Below are positions 15,171-22,917 of a stretch of 24,000 nt of DNA, piece by piece. This DNA comes from Enemella sp. A6 (lineage in GTDB: Bacteria; Actinomycetota; Actinomycetes; Propionibacteriales; Propionibacteriaceae): assembly GCF_051133435.1 (NCBI RefSeq), contig NZ_JBPGNY010000001.1, positions 294,338-318,337 on the forward strand. The letters are read 5' to 3'. Every line of letters begins with the position of its first letter. The stretch's first letter is position 1. The position numbers were made by a program, and so were the translations under genes. Below the pieces are notes generated by a model. The model did no database searches and had not been told where the DNA came from. It was given only the letters and a program-made list of their open reading frames with translations.

Positions 15171-16136
15171 ATGAAGGCGTCGAGACTGCTGCACCTCTTG
15201 CTGCTCCTGCAGACACGTCAGCGCATCACCACTACCGAACTCGCCGGCCGCCTGGAGGTGTCCAGGCGGACTGTGCTGCGGGATGTCGAGGCGCTGTCGA
15301 CAGCAGGTGTGCCTGTATATGCCGAACGGGGACGGAGCGGTGGGATCGTCCTGCTCCCCGGTGCACGGCTCAACGCATCCCATCTGGATCCTCGGGAACT
15401 GGAAGCCCTCTCGGTTGCCGGTCTGGACGACGCACAACTTGAGAGTCTGGGACTGTCTGCGGTGCGTGAGTCGGCCGCACGCAAGATCGCTGCCCGCCAG
15501 AACGCAGCGGTCGAGTCCCCGAGCCTGCCACGCCTGTCGGACCTGGTCCTGGTGGACAGCAATGCGTGGCTCGCCGACCCGAACGCGGAAGTGGACGTAG
15601 CGGATCTGGCAGCAGTGCTGCGACACCGACGCCGGATGCGCATCCAGTACCGGCGCAGCGCCGAGGGTCGGGCCTCGGTGCTGGTCGTTGACCCGTACGG
15701 GATCGTCGCGAAATCGGGCCGCTGGTACCTCATCGCCGATCACCAGGGAGCCGGCCGGCTGTTTGCTCTGGAACGGCTCTCGGCCTACGAGACACTCGAG
15801 GCTCCGGTTGCCCTCCGTCCGGGTCAGACCCTCCGCACCATGTGGGCGGCGCTGAAGGAACGCACCGAGACGCCCGGTCGCGTCAGCGTGACCGTCCGTC
15901 TCCGAGAAAACCGCCTCGATCTGGCACGGCGCATCCTCGGCGCCCGCATCCACGAAATCTCCGACAGGGAGAACGGCTGGTGCTCGGTCGTCATCCGCTA
16001 CCCCAGCATCGAGTCAGTGCGTCAGCTCCTCCAGTTCGGTGACCACATCGAGATATTGACCCCACCCACAGCCCGCGAACGCGTCAGGCTGCTCGCCAGG
16101 GATCTCGCCGACAGGCACTCGCGTCCCGCCGGATAG
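15171..16136 (+). CDS. YafY-family transcriptional regulator (N-terminal HTH plus WYL domain)
   Basis: I trimmed the ORF to the ATG at 15171, giving 321 aa. The HTH region is MKASRLLHLLLLLQTRQRITTTELAGRLEVSRRTVLRDVEALSTAGVPVYAERGRSGGIVLL. The WYL-domain core is MRIQYRR...VVDPYGIVAKSGRWYLIADH. The gene is divergent from the VOC gene. Confidence 0.85.
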   Translation: MKASRLLHLLLLLQTRQRITTTELAGRLEVSRRTVLRDVEALSTAGVPVYAERGRSGGIVLLPGARLNASHLDPRELEALSVAGLDDAQLESLGLSAVRESAARKIAARQNAAVESPSLPRLSDLVLVDSNAWLADPNAEVDVADLAAVLRHRRRMRIQYRRSAEGRASVLVVDPYGIVAKSGRWYLIADHQGAGRLFALERLSAYETLEAPVALRPGQTLRTMWAALKERTETPGRVSVTVRLRENRLDLARRILGARIHEISDRENGWCSVVIRYPSIESVRQLLQFGDHIEILTPPTARERVRLLARDLADRHSRPAG

Positions 16137-16192
16137 CGGTGGGCGACAAGCCCGCAGTCGATCGATGTCCCCGATCGATACAGCTGGTGACC

Positions 16193-16894
16193 TCAGTTGC
16201 GGTTACCGCCCCGGAAGAAGTACCCCTCCATCGCCGGGTCGGCGTCCCAGGCGGCGTCGATCCGCTCCCGAATCGCCCGGGCGGCGTCCTCGAAGCCGGC
16301 CGCATCGCGGATCTCGGAGCCGACCACGATCCGGCGGGCACCGGCGGCCAGAACCTGATCGACGTCCTGCAGGCTGGTGCCACCGGTGGCGAACCAGGGC
16401 TTGGTCTCCGCCGCCCCGGGGGGCGCGAGGTCGGCCATCGTCCGCACCAGGTCGGGGGCGGTGGCGGTCGGATGTTCCGGGCCGATGGTGATGAAGTCGA
16501 CCAGGTCGTCGGCGATCGCGGCACGGGCCTGCTGGTCGGTGTGGGCCCCCCGGCCCACCAGAGCCCACTTGTGCAGGATCTTCTTCGCCTCGGCCGGAGT
16601 GGTGTCGTTCTCGTCCAGATGCAGCAGGTCGGCGGTGAAGGCCTCGGCCAGCCCCGGATCGTCCTGCACCACGACCAGCCCTTGGGTCCGGTAGCTCAGG
16701 GTGCGCAGCAGGGCGAGCTGTTCGAGGGCTTCCACGCGGCTGAGGTTCTCGTCGCGAAAGCCGATCATGTCGACCCCCGCACCGAAGGCGGCATCGGCGA
16801 AGGGGCCCAGATCATCGGAGGCAACCCGAGCATCGGTGATCAGGTAGAGCTTGGCGCCGTAGAGCCGCTGGCGCAATCCGAACAGAACGGTCAT
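16193..16894 (-). CDS. thiE: Thiamine-phosphate synthase family protein (ThiE-like)
   Basis: I trimmed the ORF to the ATG at 16894, giving 233 aa. KLYLITDA, VDMIGFRDE, VVVQDDPGLA...ADLLHLDEND, VGRGAHT, VDFITIGP, PWFATGG and AGARRIVVGSEI align motif by motif with ThiE (QFREK, VNDD..ADGIHIGQED, GVSAHT, DYVGLGP, VGIGG). Several normally conserved positions differ (see findings). Confidence 0.65.
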   Translation of the reverse strand: MTVLFGLRQRLYGAKLYLITDARVASDDLGPFADAAFGAGVDMIGFRDENLSRVEALEQLALLRTLSYRTQGLVVVQDDPGLAEAFTADLLHLDENDTTPAEAKKILHKWALVGRGAHTDQQARAAIADDLVDFITIGPEHPTATAPDLVRTMADLAPPGAAETKPWFATGGTSLQDVDQVLAAGARRIVVGSEIRDAAGFEDAARAIRERIDAAWDADPAMEGYFFRGGNRN

Positions 16895-17046
16895 GGCCGC
16901 AACTTTACTGACCGGCACCGACAAGTACCGAAGACCCCAGTTCGACGCCACGCCGACCGCTAGCTCACCGGAATGCCCCAAGCCTCCCTACACTCGACAG
17001 CAGGCCAACACGGCCCACTTCCCCAGACCGTGTATGGAGCAGATTC

Positions 17047-19056
17047 GTGACGTTGACAAGCATGCGCGACCCGTTGGTCGGCCATGCCTTGGAGGGTCGC
17101 TACGAGATCACCGATCGACTCGCCCGAGGTGGTATGGCCACCGTCTATCGGGCGCACGACAACCGGTTGGGCCGGATCGTCGCGGTCAAGGTGATGCACG
17201 AAGGTCTCGGGGACGATCAGGACTTCGGCCGCAAGTTCGACCGGGAGGCCCGGGCCGCCGCCCGGCTGTCACACCCCAACGTGGTGTCGGTGTTCGATCA
17301 GGGACGCGACCACGGCCGTCCCTACATCGTGATGGAGTACGTGCCGGGCAGCACGCTGCGCTCGATGATCGTGCGCGACGCCCCCCTGGAGGCACCCCGT
17401 GCGCTGGACATCATCGAACCGGTGCTCGCCGCCCTGGCCGCCGCCCACGAGGCCGGCCTGGTGCACCGCGATGTGAAGCCCGAGAATGTGCTGATCTCCG
17501 ATCGCGGACAACTGAAGGTCGCCGATTTCGGCCTGGCCAAGGCGATCAGCGGCCAAACCGCCACCGCCACCCAGGGCCTGCTGATCGGCACCGTGTCGTA
17601 CCTGCCGCCCGAACTGGTCACCATCGGCAAGGCCGACACCCGCTCCGACGTCTACAGCGCCGGAGTGGTGCTGTGGGAGATGCTCACCGGCCGCAAGCCG
17701 CACACCGGCGACACCCCGATCCAGGTCGCCTATGCCCATGTGCACAACGACATTCCGCCGGTCTCGGATTTCCTGCCCGGAAGCGAACGGGCTCTATTCC
17801 CCGACTATCTGGACGCCCTGGTCGCCGGCGCGGTGCGGCGTGACCCGGCCCGCCGTCCGGTCGACGCGGCACACTTCCTGACCAACGTGCGCCTGGCCCG
17901 CAGCGCGCTGGCCGACGGGGTCACCAGCAGCCCGACCCTGGTGCGCAAGTTCACCAGCGACACCCCGAGCCACAACCATCTCGCGCTGGTCGGCGACGAC
18001 GATCACGCCGGGCCGGACGACGAGGCGACGATCACCACCGTGACCCGGCTCCCGGTGCACCAACCGGCCCCGGTGATGCCTTCGGCACCGAGTGCGGGTT
18101 CCAGCCCCTCACCGCAGGAGTATTCCGAGTACACCCCGACCGATCTGCGTCCGGTGCCACCCCAGGTCTACCGGCGCCGCCGCGGCCTGCTGCTGTTGAT
18201 CCTGTTGCTGGTGCTCGGCCTGGTCGGTGGCGTCGGGGGGTGGTGGCTGATGGCCGGACGCTGGACCGACACCCCGGCCCTGGCCGGGCTGACCCGCGAG
18301 GACGCGATCTCGGCGGCAACCGCGGCCGATCTGGAAGTGACCTTCGACGAGGCGCACTCCGAAACCGTCGCGGCCGGTCGGGTGATCGACACCGATCCGG
18401 CAGCCGGTGCACGGGTGACCCGGGGCAGCTCGATGGAGGTCGCGCTGTCGTTGGGTCCGGAACGTTTCGAGGTCCCGAAGCTCGTCGGGATGAGCGTCGG
18501 CGAGGCCACCGAGGCGCTGCGCCGGGTCAATCTGGTGGTCGGCGAGACCAAGGAGGTCTGGCACGAGGAGGTGCCGGCCGGTGTGGTGGTCGGCGCCTCG
18601 ATGGATGCCGGCAGCCAGGCCAAACGCGGCGACAAGGTCGATCTGACCGTCTCGAAGGGTCGTCAACCGATCACCGTGCCGAAGGTGGCCGGTAAATCCC
18701 AAGCCGATGCGCAGGCCGCGATCAAGAAGGCGGGGTTGACCGCCGAGGTGAAACAGGCGCACTCCGCCTCGGTGCCCAAGGGTGTGGTGATCAGCCAGGC
18801 TCCGGCCGACGGCACCCTGTACCGGGGTGATCGGGTGTCGATCACGGTGTCCAAGGGGCCGGTGATGGTGCAGGTGCCCAATGTGAAGTCGATGGGCGTC
18901 CAGGCCGCCACCAAGGTGCTGCAGGACAAGGGCTTCAAGGTGACCACCCGTCCGGTCGAGGAGAACTACCTGGGGCTGGGCTACGTCGCCTACACCGATC
19001 CCGGCATCGGGTCGTCGGCCCCGAAGGGGTCCACGATCACCCTCTACCTGGTCTGA
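17047..19056 (+). CDS. pknL: Transmembrane Ser/Thr protein kinase with four extracellular PASTA domains (PknL/PknB class)
   Basis: 669 aa from GTG 17047; an alternative ATG is at 17062. Kinase motifs are GGMATVYRA, VAVKVM, HRDVKPENVLI, DFGLAK and GTVSYLPPE. A Pro-rich juxtamembrane region precedes the TM helix LLLLILLLVLGLVGGVGGWWL. Four repeats of about 65 aa of the PASTA type follow (..VPKLVGMSVGEATEALRRVNL.., ..VPKVAGKSQADAQAAIKKAGL.., ..VPNVKSMGVQAATKVLQDKGF..). Its position near aroG matches corynebacterial pknL as I recall it. Confidence 0.9.
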   Translation: MTLTSMRDPLVGHALEGRYEITDRLARGGMATVYRAHDNRLGRIVAVKVMHEGLGDDQDFGRKFDREARAAARLSHPNVVSVFDQGRDHGRPYIVMEYVPGSTLRSMIVRDAPLEAPRALDIIEPVLAALAAAHEAGLVHRDVKPENVLISDRGQLKVADFGLAKAISGQTATATQGLLIGTVSYLPPELVTIGKADTRSDVYSAGVVLWEMLTGRKPHTGDTPIQVAYAHVHNDIPPVSDFLPGSERALFPDYLDALVAGAVRRDPARRPVDAAHFLTNVRLARSALADGVTSSPTLVRKFTSDTPSHNHLALVGDDDHAGPDDEATITTVTRLPVHQPAPVMPSAPSAGSSPSPQEYSEYTPTDLRPVPPQVYRRRRGLLLLILLLVLGLVGGVGGWWLMAGRWTDTPALAGLTREDAISAATAADLEVTFDEAHSETVAAGRVIDTDPAAGARVTRGSSMEVALSLGPERFEVPKLVGMSVGEATEALRRVNLVVGETKEVWHEEVPAGVVVGASMDAGSQAKRGDKVDLTVSKGRQPITVPKVAGKSQADAQAAIKKAGLTAEVKQAHSASVPKGVVISQAPADGTLYRGDRVSITVSKGPVMVQVPNVKSMGVQAATKVLQDKGFKVTTRPVEENYLGLGYVAYTDPGIGSSAPKGSTITLYLV

Positions 19057-19112
19057 CCCGGGCTGTTCGCCCCACCGGGCACTACCGTGATCGCCATATC
19101 TGGGAGGTACCG

Positions 19113-20384
19113 GTGTTGGAGTTTCTGCTGATCGGCCTTGCGCTGCTGGTGCTGGCGTTGCTGGTCGTACCGGTGACCGTACTGGCGGTTCGGGCCGGCA
19201 TCCGCCGCCGCTATGTCGCGTCCCTGACCTCGCGTGGCTGGACGTTTCTGGACGACCCGGCCATGTGGGAGGTCGCGATGCTGCACTGCCCGCCCTTCGG
19301 CCGACAATTCGACCGGCAAGTCGACGACCTCACCCGCGGCCGCACCTCGGACGGCTACTGGTTCCAGGCGTTCGACTACCGCACCACCGAGTTCGACAAC
19401 CGGGTGCTGACGATTCGGCTGCCCCGGGCCCTGCCCGAGTTGTACGTGTTGGCCGGCGGCCGGCCCCGTCCGGGGGTGGAGGCACCGAGGATCGAGGGCT
19501 TCGCTCCCCTGCTGGTCAACTGCGAGGACGAGCGCTACGCCCGGGCGGTGCTCACCGAGCCGGTGATGTCGGCGATCTTCGCCTACGGGCAGCACCATCC
19601 GCTCGACCTGAGCATCGACGGCAACCACCTGGTCGCGGTCAGTGTCTCGGAGGATCCCGATCTGCTGGCCCGAGCCGTCGATGCCCTCGCAGCGGTGGCC
19701 CGCGCGATCGACGAGCGGGTCTTCACCGAGTGGGCGCGCCCCGAACCCGAACGTGGCCACACCTTCCACCGACGTCCCGACTGGGATTACCTGGGCCAAC
19801 ACGACGCCCTGCTGAACACCGTGGAGGTCACCCGGGCCGGGCAGCGGCACCGCACCGAGGAAGTGGTCACCAGCCGCAACGACGGGTTGCCGTTCGTCGC
19901 CTTCCGGCACCACTGGGTAACGACCCACACCACCACGTACACCGACAGCCAGGGCAATACCCAAACCCAGACCCACACCCAACACCATGTCGAGCATGTG
20001 ATGGAGTTCGCGCTGCCGTTCCGCAGCCCGCGGTTGGCGGTGTCCTACGACCGCACCAAGTTCATCAACGGCTGGATCACCGGCCTGCGCGAGATCGACT
20101 TCGAGCACGCCGACTTCAACCGGATCTTCGACATCCGGTGTGTGTCGCACAAGTTCGCCTACGACGTGGTGCATCCGCGCCAGATGGAATACCTGGCCCG
20201 CACCCAGCCCCCACCCTTCGTCTGGGGTGACGGACGGGCCCTGTTCCGGCTCGAGGCCTACAACCAGGAAACCATCGAGTGGATCTGTGATTTCTTCGCC
20301 GGGTTCATCTCGCGGGTGCCCAGTTTCGTCTGGAAGGACCTCCACGCCGCACCCCCGGTGCCCCTGACCGCACAAGGTCGATAA
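19113..20384 (+). CDS. Hypothetical membrane-anchored protein built from two tandem copies of one module (possibly DUF3137-like)
   Basis: 423 aa from GTG 19113, with GGGAGG 5 nt upstream. The N-terminal TM helix is LEFLLIGLALLVLALLVVPVTVLAV. Third codon positions are strongly G/C in this frame, and residue composition is balanced (W, F, Y, D, E). The 554-aa ORF on the opposite strand is Gly/Val/Arg/Pro-biased and overlaps the recognisable csbD-like gene. Confidence 0.7.
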   Translation: MLEFLLIGLALLVLALLVVPVTVLAVRAGIRRRYVASLTSRGWTFLDDPAMWEVAMLHCPPFGRQFDRQVDDLTRGRTSDGYWFQAFDYRTTEFDNRVLTIRLPRALPELYVLAGGRPRPGVEAPRIEGFAPLLVNCEDERYARAVLTEPVMSAIFAYGQHHPLDLSIDGNHLVAVSVSEDPDLLARAVDALAAVARAIDERVFTEWARPEPERGHTFHRRPDWDYLGQHDALLNTVEVTRAGQRHRTEEVVTSRNDGLPFVAFRHHWVTTHTTTYTDSQGNTQTQTHTQHHVEHVMEFALPFRSPRLAVSYDRTKFINGWITGLREIDFEHADFNRIFDIRCVSHKFAYDVVHPRQMEYLARTQPPPFVWGDGRALFRLEAYNQETIEWICDFFAGFISRVPSFVWKDLHAAPPVPLTAQGR

Positions 20385-20477
20385 AGAGACCGAAAGGGTG
20401 TTGTCCCCGGCATCCGGCCCCCATAGGTTGGAGATGAGCACACTTCGGTGCTCAAGAGACGCAGTGGAGGGATGAGT

Positions 20478-20663
20478 ATGGGTATCGGAGACAAGATTTC
20501 GAACAAGGCCGAGGAGATTGGCGGCAAGCTCAAGGAAGGCGTCGGTGACGCCACCGACAACGAGCGTCTCGAGACCGAGGGCAAGGGTGACCAGGCCTCC
20601 GGCCGCACCAAGCAGGCGGGCGAGAACATCAAGGACGCCGCCAAGAACATCACCGGCAACTGA
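20478..20663 (+). CDS. csbD: CsbD-family small stress-response protein
   Basis: 61 aa from ATG 20478, with GGAGG 7 nt upstream. MGIGDKISNKAEEIGGKLKEGVGDATDNERLETEGKGDQASGRTKQAGENIKDAAKNITGN shows the typical CsbD K..E..GK.KE..G.....L..EGK.DQ..GK.Q......KDA pattern. Confidence 0.85.
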   Translation: MGIGDKISNKAEEIGGKLKEGVGDATDNERLETEGKGDQASGRTKQAGENIKDAAKNITGN

Positions 20664-20688
20664 CCGGAAAACCACCACCAACGAACAC

Positions 20689-20722
20689 GAAGCCCGGCCG
20701 GGGATCACCCCCGCCGGGCTTC
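20689..20722. terminator. Bidirectional intrinsic-terminator-like hairpin between the convergent csbD and aroG genes
   Basis: GAAGCCCGGC-c-GGGG-atca-CCCC-c-GCCGGGCTTC has a 10-bp outer stem plus a 4-bp inner stem and a 4-nt loop. It lies 25 nt after the csbD stop and 11 nt after the aroG stop. Confidence 0.7.
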
Positions 20723-20733
20723 GTCGTGTCGGC

Positions 20734-22131
20734 TCAGAAGTTGATCGGCACGAAATCCTGCACCGGGTTGGTGCGGTTGATCCGGCCGTCGGTGAGGCGC
20801 TCGGCCACGGTGAAGGCCAGCTCCAGCGACTGATTGCGGTTCAGGCGCGGGTCGCACAGGGTTTCGTAGCGGTTGACCAGGTGCTCCTCACGCAGATCGT
20901 CGACCCCGCCGACACATTCGGTGACGTCGTCGCCGGTCAGCTCCACGTGCACCCCGCCGGGCCAGGTGCCCAGGTCGTCGTGCACATCGAAGAAGCCGTT
21001 GACCTCATCGACCACATCGGCGAAGGCCCGGGTCTTGTAGCCGTTGGAGGTCGAGAAGGTGTTGCCGTGCATCGGGTCGCACATCCACACCGGATTGCGT
21101 CCGGCCTTGGTGACGCCGTCGATGATCGGCGGCAGGTTCTCACGGATCTTGCCCGCCCCCATCCGGGTGATGAAGGTCAACCGGCCCGGCTCGTGATCCG
21201 GGTCGAGCAGGTCGGCCAGCGCCAGGGCGTCCTCCACCGTCGTGCTCGGGCCCAGCTTGACCCCGATCGGGTTGCGCAGATGCCGCATGAACTCGACGTG
21301 GGCACCGTCCAACTGGCGGGTGCGCTCCCCGATCCACAGGAAGTGGCCGGAAACGTCGTAGGGCGTGCCGGTACGCGAATCGATCCGGGTCAGGGCGTGC
21401 TCGTAGTCGAGCAGCAGGGCCTCGTGGCTGGCGTAGAACTCGACGGTGCGGAAGACGTCGTCGTCGATCCCGCAGGCCACCATGAACGCCAACGCCCGTT
21501 CGATCTCCTGCACCAGCGCGGCGTAGCGCTCATTCACCCCGGCCGCGCTGCGCACGAAATCGGAGTTCCAGGAATGGGCGCTGCGCAGGTGGGCGAATCC
21601 ACCGGTCAACAGGGCCCGGGAAAGGTTCATCGTCGCCGAGGAGGCGTTGTAGGTCTGCAGCAACCGGTCGGGGTCGTGACCGCGGGCCGCTTCGGTGAAC
21701 TCGAACCCGTTCACCGAGTCACCCCGGTAGCTGGGCAGGGTGATTCCGTCGCGGGTTTCGGTGTCGCTGCTGCGCGGCTTGGCGTACTGGCCGGCCATCC
21801 GGCCCACCTTCACCACCGGCACCTGGGCGGCATAGGTGAGTACCACCGCCATCGACAGCAGGGTGCGCAGCTTGTTCTGAATATTGGCCGCGGTCACCCC
21901 GGCGAAGGTCTCGGCACAATCGCCGCCCTGCAGTACGAAGGCCTCACCGCGGGCGACGCTGGCCAGCTTGTCGCGCAGGTCGTCGCATTCGCCGGCGAAC
22001 ACCAGCGGCGGACGGGTGCGCAACTCGCTGACCACGGCTTCGACCGCCGCGGCGTCGGCATAGCTCGGCTGCTGCACCGGCTTCAGAGCGTGCAGGTCGG
22101 CCAAACTGGGAAGCTTCACGGAGTCAGACAC
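20734..22131 (-). CDS. aroG: 3-deoxy-7-phosphoheptulonate (DAHP) synthase, class II
   Basis: Motifs are AFVLQGGDCAETF, VKVGRMAGQYAKPRSS, YRGDSVNG, FLWIGERTRQLDGAHVEF, NPIGVKLGP, CDPMHGNT and GGVHVELTGDDVTECVGG. The track ORF starts at GTG 22179 (481 aa). I prefer GTG 22131 (VSDSVKLPSL..., 465 aa) by N-terminal length comparison with the mycobacterial enzyme. The start remains uncertain. Confidence 0.9.
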   Translation of the reverse strand: MSDSVKLPSLADLHALKPVQQPSYADAAAVEAVVSELRTRPPLVFAGECDDLRDKLASVARGEAFVLQGGDCAETFAGVTAANIQNKLRTLLSMAVVLTYAAQVPVVKVGRMAGQYAKPRSSDTETRDGITLPSYRGDSVNGFEFTEAARGHDPDRLLQTYNASSATMNLSRALLTGGFAHLRSAHSWNSDFVRSAAGVNERYAALVQEIERALAFMVACGIDDDVFRTVEFYASHEALLLDYEHALTRIDSRTGTPYDVSGHFLWIGERTRQLDGAHVEFMRHLRNPIGVKLGPSTTVEDALALADLLDPDHEPGRLTFITRMGAGKIRENLPPIIDGVTKAGRNPVWMCDPMHGNTFSTSNGYKTRAFADVVDEVNGFFDVHDDLGTWPGGVHVELTGDDVTECVGGVDDLREEHLVNRYETLCDPRLNRNQSLELAFTVAERLTDGRINRTNPVQDFVPINF

Positions 22132-22212
22132 GGATAGAGGGTAGCCCGCCGGGCCGAATCTCGCTCGTCGGTTTCGCACACCGAGCCGTCCCGGCGGTGT
22201 CAGTCCTCCGAG

Positions 22213-22917
22213 TCAGTCCTCCGAATGGATGCCCTGTTCGATGGCGTACAACACCAATTCGACCCGGTTGTGCAGTTGCAGTTTGCGCAACACGTTCTGG
22301 ACGTGGTTCTGCACGGTGCGGTGCGCCACGTGCAGTTCCTCGGCGATCTCGCGGTAGGCCTTGCCCTTGGCGACCTGCCGCAGCACCTCCACCTCACGGG
22401 TGGTCAACACCGGGCCGGTGCTGTTGTGTTCCTCGGCGCGGGTCACCATCCGGCGGAACTCGCCGAGCACCAGACCGGCCAACCCCGGGGTGAACACCGC
22501 GTCCCCCTGGGCGGTGCGACGCACCCCGTCGACCAGTTCCTCGGGGGTGGCCGATTTCACCAGGTAGCCGCGGGCCCCGGCCTTGACCGCACGCAACACG
22601 TCCCCACGTTCGCCGCTGGCCGAGATCACCAGCACCTGCATCTGCGGGAATTCCTTCAACAGGATTTCGGTGCAGGTGGCCCCGTCGGGGTCGGGAATGT
22701 TCAGGTCCATCACCAGCACATCGGGCCGGATCGCGCGAGCCCGGTTGAGGGCTTCGGACCCCGAACGGGCGGTCGCGACGATGTCGAAGCCGTCGTCCTC
22801 CAGGTCACCGCTGAGGGCTTCGATCCACATCGGATGGTCGTCGACCAGCATCACCCGGCGGGGAAACGCGTCCGCGTCCCCGTTGTTGTTCCAGCCGGGC
22901 ATCGACATGTCATTCAT
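22213..22917 (-). CDS. NarL/LuxR-family two-component response regulator
   Basis: The REC domain shows RVMLVDDHPMW, VLVMDLNIPDPDG, VLVISASGE and GARGYLVK. The LuxR HTH is LTTREVEVLRQVAKGKAYREIAEELHVAHRTVQNHVQNVLRKLQLHNRVELV. I chose the ATG at 22917, which overlaps the kinase stop by 8 nt. ATG 22908 and the track start 22986 are alternatives. Confidence 0.85.
   Translation of the reverse strand: MNDMSMPGWNNNGDADAFPRRVMLVDDHPMWIEALSGDLEDDGFDIVATARSGSEALNRARAIRPDVLVMDLNIPDPDGATCTEILLKEFPQMQVLVISASGERGDVLRAVKAGARGYLVKSATPEELVDGVRRTAQGDAVFTPGLAGLVLGEFRRMVTRAEEHNSTGPVLTTREVEVLRQVAKGKAYREIAEELHVAHRTVQNHVQNVLRKLQLHNRVELVLYAIEQGIHSED

Larger units (their letters stand above)
7001..16136. other. Lower-GC accessory block (candidate horizontally acquired island) carrying the yhf/php operon and a VOC/WYL pair
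   Basis: Hand counts of single 60-nt lines inside the block give 52, 52, 57, 57, 60, 62, 63 and 70% GC. Flanking lines give 62, 70, 73, 73 and 75%. Codons ending in A/T are visibly more frequent inside. Both borders fall in short convergent intergenic gaps (6973-7000 and 16137-16192). I saw no integrase, tRNA or flanking direct repeats. Confidence 0.55.

Noticed and set aside
16165-16190. A TCGATCG...CGATCGA hairpin between the WYL regulator and the ThiE-like gene as a terminator
   Set aside because: The stem is only 7 bp and is built from a self-complementary GATC-rich sequence, which is too weak to call.
6973-16192. Calling the low-GC block a mobile element or integrative island
   Set aside because: I found no integrase, transposase, tRNA target, or direct or inverted terminal repeats at either border. 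Only composition and synteny support horizontal origin, so it is reported as 'other' rather than as a mobile element.
16895-17046. A possible TPP (THI-box) riboswitch upstream of the ThiE-like gene
   Set aside because: I read the minus-strand leader and found no CUGAGA element or conserved pyrophosphate-sensor helix sequence. A cmsearch would still be needed to settle this.
20385-20477. A SigB/SigF-type promoter (GTTT-N15-17-GGGTAT) upstream of csbD, and the hairpin GAGCAC-acttcg-GTGCTC at about 20434-20451
   Set aside because: The only GGGTAT lies inside the start of the coding sequence. No properly spaced -35 element is seen, and the 6-bp hairpin is too short to interpret.
19044-20708. A 554-aa ORF on the minus strand, the third-longest ORF in the track
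   Set aside because: It is antisense to the 423-aa plus-strand gene and to the clearly recognisable csbD-like gene. Its composition is dominated by G, V, L, R and P with no motifs. The plus-strand frame has an SD, a TM helix and G/C-rich third positions. This is a typical high-GC shadow ORF.
20518-22137. A 539-aa ORF on the plus strand
   Set aside because: It is antisense to the unmistakable class II DAHP synthase gene (GGDCAETF, KPRSS and other motifs). Its composition is Gly/Arg/Val/Pro-rich and it has no recognisable domain.
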